Of a stretch of 64,000 bases of DNA, positions 37,552 through 46,374 are shown in pieces. The notes below the pieces were generated by a model. It ran no database searches. It worked only from the letters and a program-made list of their open reading frames with translations, and had not been told where the DNA came from. This DNA comes from Candidatus Kaiserbacteria bacterium RIFCSPHIGHO2_01_FULL_53_29. Its GTDB lineage: Bacteria; Patescibacteriota; Minisyncoccia; Phycocordibacterales; UBA2100. Every line of letters begins with the position of its first letter. Positions within the stretch are counted from its first letter, which is position 1. The stretch lies in the NCBI GenBank assembly GCA_001781125.1, contig MFKT01000029.1, positions 68,040 to 132,039 on the forward strand. Direction: 5' to 3'. A program made the translations under genes and the position numbers.

Positions 37552-37917
37552 TCACTGGGCGTGTGCGATACACGTGCGCGCAGCAGGATTTGCTTCGAGG
37601 CGCTCGATCGGGATCTGCTCTTTACCGACTTCGCAGATGCCATAGGTGTCCGTGTCCATTTTTTTGAGCGCATCCACAACATCGCGGTGCTGACGCTCCA
37701 ATTCTTCCACCAAGGGCACGTTCGTCACCAGCTCTTCGATCTGATCGGCGGCGTCGGTGGGATCGGCTTCTGTGCCCTCAAGTCCGCTTGAGTTGCCCTG
37801 CCAATCCCCCGTTGTGGATTGCACGCGCCCATGCCCCCCGAGCTCCTCTTCGAGTGTGTTGCGCTCTACTTCCAGCGCATCGCGCAGTTCTTCCAACTGG
37901 CTCTCATCAATATTCAT
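37552..37917 (-). CDS. DksA/TraR-family protein with a degenerate C4 zinc finger
   Basis: 121 aa, acidic coiled-coil N-terminus. C-terminal YGICEVGKEQIPIERLEANPAARTC matches the DksA/TraR finger with only two Cys retained. Confidence 0.6.
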   Translation of the reverse strand: MNIDESQLEELRDALEVERNTLEEELGGHGRVQSTTGDWQGNSSGLEGTEADPTDAADQIEELVTNVPLVEELERQHRDVVDALKKMDTDTYGICEVGKEQIPIERLEANPAARTCIAHAQ

Positions 37918-37949
37918 GGCCCCCAGTATAACAAACGAGGCCTTGCGCG

Positions 37950-39389
37950 CTAGAGTTTGCGGCCAGCTTGCAGACGGCTTAAAACCTCGGCGAATGAGTA
38001 CGGGCTCTCTGCGATGATGAGAATGTTCTGTGTCGGAAATGAATAGTAGAGCTCAATGGTACCCGCATCGTCTTTGAGCGCACGCACGTCGTAATTGCGC
38101 ATCACAAGGTCCTGGAATGTGCGCCGGGTCGGAAGCCCGTTTTGATCCGTCGTGAGCATCGGCACTGCGGTAAAGGCGGGAGCAAGATCGGCATTCATCG
38201 TGGCCTCCCACGCGATCATCCCGGCGAATGCATGATCGTATGAGGTGACGGGGATGACGAGAACAGGGGCATTTTTATCCACCGTATGTATCCCAAAGAA
38301 AAAGTCATCGCTCAAGGCACGTATGAGGCCATCCGGAGCGTGCGCTCCGAGAGCTTGCATGAGTTCGGCGAATGTCGCAGGCCTTGTCGCGCCAGAGCCT
38401 CGTGCGGAGGCGGAGCCTGACTCGTCCACCGAGGCTTGCGCTTCGGCGGATACAATGGGAAGTATCCTCGTAATCGAGCCAAGGGTCCCGGTAGATGCGC
38501 TACGTCCCTCTCCGAGCGTGCGCTTGAGGTTACTTGGAGATTGTTCGTCGAGCGAAAGGAGGACGGTAGTTTCGGCGAAGAGAAGCGAAGACGTGTTGGG
38601 AATTGCCACTTGGCCTGAGTGTTGCTGTTGGATCGTATAGACCCCGAAAATGGCACCCCCGCCAACGACACAGAGAAGTACGATGCTGAAGATAATGCCA
38701 AATGTGCGTCTGGAGCGTTGCATGGTCCCCGCACTCTCCTCCTCGGGCACTTTTCCGCTCGCCCTGCGGTCTTCCTCGAGAGATACAGCTTTCACAAGCG
38801 AGAGCTTTTTTTCGCGCACGACACTCTGCAGGTCATTCTTGAGTGTATGCACCGCCGCGACACTTTCTGCCCCCCTCTCTGCTTCATGGGGGGTGAGGAC
38901 GGGGGGCACTTCGGGAGGATTGGCGACCGTTTCCTGAAGCAATGGGGCTTGTGGCCCGACAGATATCCCGGCTAAAACATTCTGTGTAGCAGAATATTTT
39001 CCCGATGCCGGTCTTTGCCCGGCATTTAGGGATTCTTTTGCAATCGCATCCTGAAGCGGTGTTGATGTGAGTGAAGCGTGCGGCCTCTTTTCCGCGACAG
39101 TTTGGGAGTCGCGACGCTCCGGAAGTTTTACTTCCTGAAGGATTTTTCCAATGTCTTCGCTGAGCACGCCGGAGCGCGCGGCGGGAGCTTCGAGCGGATC
39201 TGATTTTGGCGGTTGTCGCACCGGTGTCGGCGCTACCGCAGGTTGTTGTGCGGGATTCGAATTAGGTTCTCCCGCCACCACCTTGGCTTCGGCGGGCAAG
39301 GCGGCAGGCTTGTCCCCCGCAACATAAGCCTCGGAGGAGCCGGTCGTTTTAAGTTCTGCGGTTTGGGGGTCTGTCTGGTCGTCTACCAT
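37950..39389 (-). CDS. Hypothetical single-pass membrane protein (P/A/Q-rich N-terminal half)
   Basis: 479 aa. Central TM FGIIFSIVLLCVVGGGAIFGVY. Start uncertain, as the ORF overlaps the pnp 3' end by 41 nt. Confidence 0.5.
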   Translation of the reverse strand: MVDDQTDPQTAELKTTGSSEAYVAGDKPAALPAEAKVVAGEPNSNPAQQPAVAPTPVRQPPKSDPLEAPAARSGVLSEDIGKILQEVKLPERRDSQTVAEKRPHASLTSTPLQDAIAKESLNAGQRPASGKYSATQNVLAGISVGPQAPLLQETVANPPEVPPVLTPHEAERGAESVAAVHTLKNDLQSVVREKKLSLVKAVSLEEDRRASGKVPEEESAGTMQRSRRTFGIIFSIVLLCVVGGGAIFGVYTIQQQHSGQVAIPNTSSLLFAETTVLLSLDEQSPSNLKRTLGEGRSASTGTLGSITRILPIVSAEAQASVDESGSASARGSGATRPATFAELMQALGAHAPDGLIRALSDDFFFGIHTVDKNAPVLVIPVTSYDHAFAGMIAWEATMNADLAPAFTAVPMLTTDQNGLPTRRTFQDLVMRNYDVRALKDDAGTIELYYSFPTQNILIIAESPYSFAEVLSRLQAGRKL

Positions 39390-41574
39390 TGTATTCGCCG
39401 CCGCCTTGATCCGGCTTCAGGCCCTTGCGCGTGGCCCACTCCGGATCGGCAGCTTTGATAGAGAGATTATAGCGCCCTTTCTCGTCGATTTCTTTCAGTA
39501 CCACGGGAACGATGTCCCCGATCTGCACGGCATCCGAGATCTTACCGATGCGGAAGGGGGCCACTTCAGAGACGTGCACAAGTCCGTCCTGATTGGGAGT
39601 GATCTTGACGAATGCTCCGAAGTCCATAAGGCGAACGACGGGGCCTTCGAATCTGTCACCCACCATGTATTCGCGCGTGAGATCACTGATCTCTTTCTGC
39701 GCCGCCTCTGCGGCTCCGTCTTTTCCGGTGATAAATATCGTACCGTCTTCTTCGATGGTGATGTCGTCCGCTCCGGTACGCTCACGAATGCCGTTGATCA
39801 TCTTGCCGCCGGGGCCGATGACGAGTCCGATCTGGTCCTTCTTCACGATAATCGTAAGGATCTTCGGCGCGCGGGGCGAGATGTCAGCACGTGGCGATGC
39901 GATCTCTTTCGTAATAACCTCGAGAATTTGCATCCGCGCTTTTTTTGCCTGCGCAAATGCTTCGCCCAACACTTTGAGCGGTACGCCATCGACTTTCACA
40001 TCCATCTGCACGGCGGTGACTCCCTCTGAAGTTCCTGCGACCTTGAAATCCATGTCGCCGTGATGGTCTTCCGGTCCCTGGATGTCAGTAAGAACTTTGT
40101 ATTGCATTTCACTGCTGCCTGTTTTCTGTTTGCCGGCGCCTGACATGAGGCCCATCGCGATCCCTGCGACAGGGCGCGTGATGGGCACCCCTGCATCCAT
40201 GAGCGCGAGTGCGCCCGCGCACACGCTTGCCATCGAGGTCGAGCCATTGGATGCGAGCGACTCACAGACGACCCGGATGGTGTATGGGAAGACATCTTTC
40301 TGCGGAAGGACTGCGCGCAGAGCTTTCTCTGCGAGTGCACCGTGGCCTGTCATGCGGCGGTTGAATCCGCCGACACGCCCTGTTTCTCCCACGGAAAATG
40401 GCGGGAAATTGTAGTGGAGCATGAACGTCTTTTTGGTTTCTTGGTACTCGATAGTGTCGATGAGCTGCGCATCCCCGGGGCCGCCGAGCGTGAGCGCCGC
40501 AAGCACGTGCGTTTGCCCGCGATAGAAGAGACCGGTGCCGTGGATGACGGGAGAGATATTTCCAGCTTGCGCGAACAAGGGGCGTATCTCATCGAATGCG
40601 CGACCGTCGACGCGCTTCCCGCTCTTTATTGCAAGATCGTGCACATATTCGTCCACGCGGTGTTCGTAGTAGGTGCTTATTTTGCCGGACTCAATGTCGG
40701 GAAATGTCGCTGCCGCGTGCGCTGCCCATTCTCCCTTAAGTTCGTTGAAGTCTTCTTTTGCCAGCATATCTTTCTTTGCCTTGATGCGTGACATAACGAC
40801 CTCATCGAAGACAGAAATGAGCCTCCCGTCGTCCTCGAAGGGCGGGATGAATTTTGATTTAGGAACGGCACGCTCTGCGATGATCGTTTTTTGCCATGTC
40901 TGCAATTTTTCTATCTCCTCGCTCGCGCGTGCGAGTGCCGCCTCGAGTGCCTCTTCGGGCACTTCCGCGGCGCCGACTTCTATCATATTAATGAGACCGT
41001 CTTTGCCGCAGGTGAGAAGATCCATTTGCGCGGTGGTCTCAAGACGCTGAATGTAATTGGGGTTGACGATGAACGCATCGGTCCCTTTATCCCGAGCACC
41101 GTCGAGGGGCTTTTCTATCCCGATACGCACAGCAGAAACAGGACCGTTCCATGGAATATTGGATGTGGCGAGTGCGAGTGATGCTGCGTTGACCGCCAGC
41201 ACATCGGTATCGTATTCTTCGAGCGAGAGCACGGTGATTATGACCTGTATTTCTCGCGTCAGTCCTTTGGGAAAAAGTGGGCGAATAGTGCGGTCGACGA
41301 TGCGGCCCGAAAGTATTGCTTCATCGGAGGGCCTCCCTTCGCGGCGCATGAAGCGCGAGCCGAGGATCGCTCCTGCTGCATAGAATTTCTCCTCATATTC
41401 GACGGTGAGGGGGAAATAATCTTTGTCTGATTCCCGGCCCATGACCGCAGTTGCTAAAACGGCGCTATTGCCATAGCGCACGAGAACCGAACCATTTGCC
41501 TGGTCCGCCCAGTCGTTGAACTCGGCCGACATCGTATGCCCCCCAATTTCGAGAGAATATACCTTCTTTTCCAT
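39349..41574 (-). CDS. pnp: Polyribonucleotide nucleotidyltransferase (PNPase)
   Basis: Two RNase PH domains plus KH and S1 domains. Start at MEKKVYSLEIGG. C-terminal R/P/N-rich tail. Confidence 0.9.
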   Translation of the reverse strand: MEKKVYSLEIGGHTMSAEFNDWADQANGSVLVRYGNSAVLATAVMGRESDKDYFPLTVEYEEKFYAAGAILGSRFMRREGRPSDEAILSGRIVDRTIRPLFPKGLTREIQVIITVLSLEEYDTDVLAVNAASLALATSNIPWNGPVSAVRIGIEKPLDGARDKGTDAFIVNPNYIQRLETTAQMDLLTCGKDGLINMIEVGAAEVPEEALEAALARASEEIEKLQTWQKTIIAERAVPKSKFIPPFEDDGRLISVFDEVVMSRIKAKKDMLAKEDFNELKGEWAAHAAATFPDIESGKISTYYEHRVDEYVHDLAIKSGKRVDGRAFDEIRPLFAQAGNISPVIHGTGLFYRGQTHVLAALTLGGPGDAQLIDTIEYQETKKTFMLHYNFPPFSVGETGRVGGFNRRMTGHGALAEKALRAVLPQKDVFPYTIRVVCESLASNGSTSMASVCAGALALMDAGVPITRPVAGIAMGLMSGAGKQKTGSSEMQYKVLTDIQGPEDHHGDMDFKVAGTSEGVTAVQMDVKVDGVPLKVLGEAFAQAKKARMQILEVITKEIASPRADISPRAPKILTIIVKKDQIGLVIGPGGKMINGIRERTGADDITIEEDGTIFITGKDGAAEAAQKEISDLTREYMVGDRFEGPVVRLMDFGAFVKITPNQDGLVHVSEVAPFRIGKISDAVQIGDIVPVVLKEIDEKGRYNLSIKAADPEWATRKGLKPDQGGGEYNGRRPDRPPNRRT

Positions 41575-41863
41575 TATCTCTTTGGGTGATGTTGGGACCT
41601 GCCCCGTAGTGAGTCCAGCTTCCTCTCGCAGACAGCTCAATTCCTGATTGTGGTGCCCGACCTCTCGGACAACGTAATCAAAAATTGAGGACTCTACTGC
41701 GGGGTTTCAGCGAAAACACTCGCCTATCCAAACACCACGACTATTTATTAATGTAGCCAGTATACCCAAATCCCGCGTTTTTACAATACTTATCTATCGA
41801 TTTGATGACGCGGGGCGTGTAGCGGAGTAACGTGCTGCTTCTTTTGTGTTTTGTGCGGATCCC

Positions 41864-41892
41864 CACCAACAATTCCATGGAATTGTTGGTGA
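41864..41892. promoter_or_regulatory. Perfect palindrome CACCAACAATTCCATGGAATTGTTGGTG downstream of arsR and upstream of pnp
   Basis: 28-bp perfect inverted repeat, a second copy of the operator-like site at 42197-42222. Confidence 0.6.
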
Positions 41893-41902
41893 GACACATT
41901 TG

Positions 41903-42175
41903 CTAGATGAAGAGCCTAACGGTTTTAGTGAAATCTTGCGGCATGCGGGAGTTGAGTGAATAGAACACGTGGCCATCCCTCCCTTCTACTCCCAATACGC
42001 CGAGCTTCTGGAGCATGATGAGGTGATTGGATGTTGCGGTGACGGAGATCCTTAGCGCCTCCGCGATATCGCCCACATTCATTTTGCGTCGTGTAGATAA
42101 CAGGATAACTATCTTGAGCCGATTTAGATTCGAGAGAGCTTTGAAAACGATAGTCCACCGCTGCATGTCTTTCAT
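41903..42175 (-). CDS. ArsR/SmtB-family metalloregulator
   Basis: 91 aa from the internal Met (MKDMQRW). HTH LKIVILLSTRRKMNVGDIAEALRISVTATSNHLIMLQKLGVL. The ORF-track N-terminal extension is not protein-like. Confidence 0.65.
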   Translation of the reverse strand: MKDMQRWTIVFKALSNLNRLKIVILLSTRRKMNVGDIAEALRISVTATSNHLIMLQKLGVLGVEGRDGHVFYSLNSRMPQDFTKTVRLFI

Positions 42176-42196
42176 ATCAAAAGTATAGCACACAAC

Positions 42197-42222
42197 AATT
42201 CCATGGAATTGTTGTAGGGCGT
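42197..42222. promoter_or_regulatory. ArsR-type operator palindrome ACAACAATTCCATGGAATTGTTG in the arsR/terC divergent promoter
   Basis: 22-bp perfect inverted repeat immediately upstream of the arsR start and of the divergent TerC-family gene. Confidence 0.65.
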
Positions 42223-42275
42223 TGGGTGAACTGGGGACGTGTTGAAGCGCAGACGAACATGCTATCATATCGACC

Positions 42276-43259
42276 ATGCAGATCTTGGTGTTTCCGGCGA
42301 TTCTGACAGTGGTCGCCTCTGTCGCGGCATATGCGTGGGGCGGCCCCACCGCGCTTTTTCTCCTTGTCATCCTCGTCGTGCTTGAAACGACGCTTTCATT
42401 CGATAATGCCGTCGTGAATGCCAAGGTGCTCTCGCGGATGGATGAGAAATGGCAGCGGAGATTTCTTACGTGGGGCATCCCGATCGCGGTATTCGGCACG
42501 CGCTTTGTGCTTCCCATTCTCATCGTCTCGGCAGCCGCCGCGATCGACCCCATTGCTGTATTCAAACTCGCGATCTTCGATTCTATCCGGTATGGAGAAT
42601 ACCTTCACGACGCGCATGTATCGATCGCCGCGTTCGGTAGTGCATTCCTCTTTCTCGTTTCTCTCAAATATTTTTTTAATACAGCGAAGACGGTGCACTG
42701 GCTCGGATGGATCGAACGGTACTTTTCGCGCTGGGGCGGTATCGAAGCGATCGAGATCGCACTTGTCCTCCTGATCCTGCTCGTTGCCGCCTTTTTTGAG
42801 CCGCAGAAGGCTGCCGCGATCCTCATGGCGGGCCTCATTGGCATCATCCTTTTCATCGTTATTCAGGGGGTCGCCCAGTCTTTTGAGATGAAAGCCGGAC
42901 ATGAAACGGTTGCCGCAGGCGCTGCTCTGTTCGTCTATCTCAATGTTCTTGACTCCGCTTTTTCACTCGATGGCGTTGTCGCGGCATTCGCGGTTACATC
43001 AAGTCTCCCGCTCATTATTGCCGGTCTCGGCATCGGTGCTCTCTTTGTGCGCTCATTCACCGTGCTTCTCGTTCGGGCGAAAACTCTTGAAACCCTTATC
43101 TACCTCGAACACGGGGCGCACTGGGCGATCCTCGGGCTCGCGCTCGCGATGCTTATGAGCATTTTTGTGCACGTGCCGGAAATCATCACCGGCCTCATCG
43201 GTCTGGTATTTATCATACTCGCGTATATCTCATCGCGCAGAGAGATGCGCGCTACATAA
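42276..43259 (+). CDS. TerC-family integral membrane protein (putative metal exporter)
   Basis: Duplicated ExxLSxDNAVV motif (ETTLSFDNAVVNA and DSAFSLDGVVAAFAV) in a protein of about 9 TM. Confidence 0.65.
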   Translation: MQILVFPAILTVVASVAAYAWGGPTALFLLVILVVLETTLSFDNAVVNAKVLSRMDEKWQRRFLTWGIPIAVFGTRFVLPILIVSAAAAIDPIAVFKLAIFDSIRYGEYLHDAHVSIAAFGSAFLFLVSLKYFFNTAKTVHWLGWIERYFSRWGGIEAIEIALVLLILLVAAFFEPQKAAAILMAGLIGIILFIVIQGVAQSFEMKAGHETVAAGAALFVYLNVLDSAFSLDGVVAAFAVTSSLPLIIAGLGIGALFVRSFTVLLVRAKTLETLIYLEHGAHWAILGLALAMLMSIFVHVPEIITGLIGLVFIILAYISSRREMRAT

Positions 43260-43261
43260 GG

Positions 43262-43915
43262 TCACTCCACTCCCGTGATCTTGCCGATCTTGGATATGTC
43301 CTCCGTCGATTGTGGCGCTATGGAATCTTCAGACGCTGATACCTGCACATCGCTTGCTTGCCCTGAACCAGACGAGCGGGTCGAACGACGGCGCATGGTG
43401 GGGCCACGGTAATTGATGAGGTAGCGGCGCGGTTCTTCGTCGAGGTCGAGGAAGTGGTCGGTCGCTTCTTTGAGTTTGAGGGATGTGGAGCGCCCGAAGG
43501 ATACCACTTCCACCTGACAGCCTGCGTGGATCTTCAGGTATTCGACGAGCGGAATGAAGTCACCGTCACCGGTAAAAAGTATCACCGTGTCGAGCTTGGA
43601 CGACGCGGTGATGGCGTCGACCGCCAGCCCCACGTCCCAGTCGGCCTTTTTGGCACCGCCATAGAATATCTGGAGATCTTTGGTTTTTGGCTCGATGCCC
43701 ATTTTGGTGAGTGCCTCGAGAAATGCAGTCTCCTCGCCGGACTCGGTCGTCACCATGTAGGCGCGCGCGCGAATGAGGCGGCGACCGGCGACCGAATCTT
43801 TGAGCACGTTGCCGAAATTCACGCGTGCGTGATAAATATTCTTCGCGCTATGGTAGAGATTTTGCGTGTCGATGAAGACGCCGACGCGCTGTTCCGGATG
43901 CTTGATGATGGCCAT
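43262..43915 (-). CDS. NYN/LabA-like domain protein
   Basis: VGVFIDTQNLYHSAK ... LFTGDGDFIPLVEYLK match the NYN nuclease fold. S/T/R-rich C-terminal tail. Confidence 0.7.
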   Translation of the reverse strand: MAIIKHPEQRVGVFIDTQNLYHSAKNIYHARVNFGNVLKDSVAGRRLIRARAYMVTTESGEETAFLEALTKMGIEPKTKDLQIFYGGAKKADWDVGLAVDAITASSKLDTVILFTGDGDFIPLVEYLKIHAGCQVEVVSFGRSTSLKLKEATDHFLDLDEEPRRYLINYRGPTMRRRSTRSSGSGQASDVQVSASEDSIAPQSTEDISKIGKITGVE

Positions 43916-43919
43916 AAAT

Positions 43920-44058
43920 AGCTTGGAGCCAGTAGCTTGTAGCTAGTAGCAATAAAAAATAAAAAAGAATTTATAAAAAACTTACTAAAGTGTACTCCCT
44001 TACGAAACGCGAGCAAACGAATTTGCTCCAGGCTACCGGCTACGAGCTACAGGCTATT
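43920..44058. repeat. Heptamer-array inverted-repeat element with an 80-nt A/T-rich spacer containing an internal hairpin (gagcaaacgaatttgctc)
   Basis: agcttggagccagtagcttgtagctagtagc ... ggctaccggctacgagctacaggctatt. Lies between the NYN gene start and the rpsO stop. Confidence 0.8.
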
Positions 44059-44320
44059 TCTTGAGCCCAAGCTTCTTGATCAAAGTACCGTACGCGCGCT
44101 TATTTGTAACCTCAAGATATTTCAGATGCTTGCGGCGGTCGGCGACGAGGCCCAAAAGCCCGCGGCGTCCGTGCTTGTCCTTGCGGTTCTTGTCCAAATG
44201 GACCGAAAGTTCCTCGATACGGCGGGTCAAAACAGTGACCTGCACTTCGGGAGACCCTGTATCCGTATCGTGCCGGCGTGCTTTCGCTATCTCGTTCGCT
44301 TTCTTACGCTTCGTAAGCAT
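44054..44320 (-). CDS. rpsO: 30S ribosomal protein S15
   Basis: TGSPEVQVTVLTRRIEELSVHLDKNRKDKHGRRGLLGLVADRRKHLKYL is a clear S15 match. Start at MLTKRKK. Not adjacent to pnp. Confidence 0.85.
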   Translation of the reverse strand: MLTKRKKANEIAKARRHDTDTGSPEVQVTVLTRRIEELSVHLDKNRKDKHGRRGLLGLVADRRKHLKYLEVTNKRAYGTLIKKLGLKK

Positions 44321-44360
44321 GCTCGGAATGATATCACATTCCGCCTCAGAATGCAAGGGT

Positions 44361-44894
44361 TTATTGAGCTTTTTCCGTTGCTGGGACGGTCGGCACTGCC
44401 TCGACTTTTACCAACTGCACGTCGAAGACCAGCGTCGAATTACCGGGAATTATCACTTTTCCAGTCGCATCTTTCACATCTTGCGCACCATATCCGAGAG
44501 TTGGCGGGATCGCGAGCAGTCGCTCGCCTCCTTCCTTCATACCATTCACGCCGATCTGAAAACCGGGAATCGGTACGATTGGCCCCTCGCTTGCACCGAG
44601 CACGAATTCGAGCGGCACGTTGCCGTGCGCGGCAGAGCTATCGAATACGGTACCGTCGGTAAATTTGCCGACATAGAGGACTGAAACCCGCATGCCGGGC
44701 TCCGCGACTTTTCCGGTACCGACTTTCACATCTTGCCCTTGTACCTGCGGAGTCGTAGTGCCGGTAGAGGCCGTTTGATCCTGCGGATTTGCAGCGGCTG
44801 GAGCTGCGGGACTCATCGAGGTGTAAACAAAATATCCTCCGATAATGATGATAAGGATAACGACGACCGAAATAACAATAGTTTTTGTGTTCAT
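44361..44894 (-). CDS. FKBP-type peptidyl-prolyl cis-trans isomerase, membrane-anchored
   Basis: N-terminal TM. FKBP domain motifs (VSVLYVGKFTDGTVFDSS, IPGFQIGVNGMKEGGERLLAIPPTLGYG, STLVFDVQLVKV). Confidence 0.8.
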   Translation of the reverse strand: MNTKTIVISVVVILIIIIGGYFVYTSMSPAAPAAANPQDQTASTGTTTPQVQGQDVKVGTGKVAEPGMRVSVLYVGKFTDGTVFDSSAAHGNVPLEFVLGASEGPIVPIPGFQIGVNGMKEGGERLLAIPPTLGYGAQDVKDATGKVIIPGNSTLVFDVQLVKVEAVPTVPATEKAQ

Positions 44895-44966
44895 ATGCCC
44901 TCTACCATAGCGCGGTAGAAAAATTGTGCAAGTGTGGATAGATGGTCAATTTGATAGAGTGAAGGT

Positions 44967-46247
44967 ATGGAACACCCCAAGGGTAGTGCCGTCGACAGGT
45001 GCACATCTCCAAACGATGTGCCGATTTCCTATCACTCGAATACTCGCGATGGAAATCGGGAGCCCCTCGCGTCGCAGATCAGACCGAAGAGTTTGGATGA
45101 GTTTGTTGGGCAATCTCATTTGACCGGTGTGGGGAAGCCTTTGCGAGTTGCGATCGAGAAGGAAGAATTGTTCTCTTTCGTCCTGTGGGGCCCGCCCGGC
45201 TCGGGCAAGACGACGCTTGCGCGGATCTATGCCAATGCGGTCGGCGCGGATTTTTATGAACTCTCGGCGGTAGACGCGGGCAAAGAAGATATCAAGAAAG
45301 TCATCCGCCTTCGCCAAGGCTTCGGCGGACAAGTCGGCTCCCTTCTCATCGAAAAGCCACGGGTACTGTTCATCGACGAGATACATCGGTTCAACAAGGC
45401 GCAACAAGATTTTCTCCTTCCCTTCGTCGAGCGTGGCGACATCACGCTTATCGGTGCCACGACCGAGAATCCGAGTTTTGAGATTATTTCTCCGCTCCTT
45501 TCTCGCACGCGCGTCTTTGTTCTGAATGAACATACCGAAAGCGAGATGGAGAAAATTATCAAACGCACAAAATTAAAAATCCCGAAAGACGCAAGAGATT
45601 GGCTGATCCAAATGGCCGGTGGCGATGCGCGGCAAGCCATCACGACACTGGAGACCGCAAATGCTTTATACGGCAAAATCACACTGGATACTTTGAAAGA
45701 AGCAATACAGTCCAAGCACCTGCGCTATGACAAAAAAGGCGAGGAGCACTACAACACCATCTCCGCATTCATTAAAAGTATGCGCGCCTCGCAGCCTGAC
45801 GCCGCGCTCTACTACCTCGCGCGCATGGTGGACGCTGGCGAGGATCCCAAATTCATCGCACGGCGGATGGTTATTTTTGCAAGTGAAGATATCGGGCTTG
45901 CCCAGCCGACCGCGCTCGTCGTTGCGAATGCTGTATTCGAAGCGGTCAACAAGATCGGCTACCCAGAGGCGACGATCAATCTCGCGCACGGCGTTGCCTA
46001 CCTCGCACAGTGCAAAAAAGATAGGCGCGCGTACGATGCCATCTTTGAAGCGCTCGACGACGTGAAAAAGCATGGCAATCTCCCTATTCCGATGAAGGTC
46101 CGCAATGCGCCGACGAAATTGATGAAAGGTTTGAAGTACGGGAAAGGTTACGAAATGTACCCTGAAAAGTCGCGAGGCGACCACGGGGCAGGCGACAAAG
46201 AATCCTACCTGCCCGACAAGCTTAAAAAGAAAAAGTACTTGAAGTAA
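44967..46247 (+). CDS. rarA: Replication-associated recombination protein A (MgsA/RarA, WRNIP1-like AAA+ ATPase)
   Basis: RPKSLDEFVGQ, Walker A LWGPPGSGKTTLA, Walker B VLFIDEIHRFNKAQQD, and the MgsA C-terminal domain. Confidence 0.85.
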   Translation: MEHPKGSAVDRCTSPNDVPISYHSNTRDGNREPLASQIRPKSLDEFVGQSHLTGVGKPLRVAIEKEELFSFVLWGPPGSGKTTLARIYANAVGADFYELSAVDAGKEDIKKVIRLRQGFGGQVGSLLIEKPRVLFIDEIHRFNKAQQDFLLPFVERGDITLIGATTENPSFEIISPLLSRTRVFVLNEHTESEMEKIIKRTKLKIPKDARDWLIQMAGGDARQAITTLETANALYGKITLDTLKEAIQSKHLRYDKKGEEHYNTISAFIKSMRASQPDAALYYLARMVDAGEDPKFIARRMVIFASEDIGLAQPTALVVANAVFEAVNKIGYPEATINLAHGVAYLAQCKKDRRAYDAIFEALDDVKKHGNLPIPMKVRNAPTKLMKGLKYGKGYEMYPEKSRGDHGAGDKESYLPDKLKKKKYLK

Positions 46248-46374
46248 TGGACTTTGTCTGTGCACAGGTTATGCACAGGCGCCCTCATTGTTTCCTCATA
46301 TACGAGGTTTACAGTTGAGATGTGCGTATTATGAATCGCACGTGGATGCGCGCGTGCATTAAGTATTATTATGT

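Noticed and set aside
39406-41383. Multiple plus-strand ORFs across pnp
   Set aside because: Antisense to PNPase.
41575-41900. Looked for rpsO or a tRNA upstream of pnp
   Set aside because: No S15-like ORF or cloverleaf. rpsO is instead at 44054-44320. The region contains only the operator-like palindrome and AT-rich promoter-like sequence.
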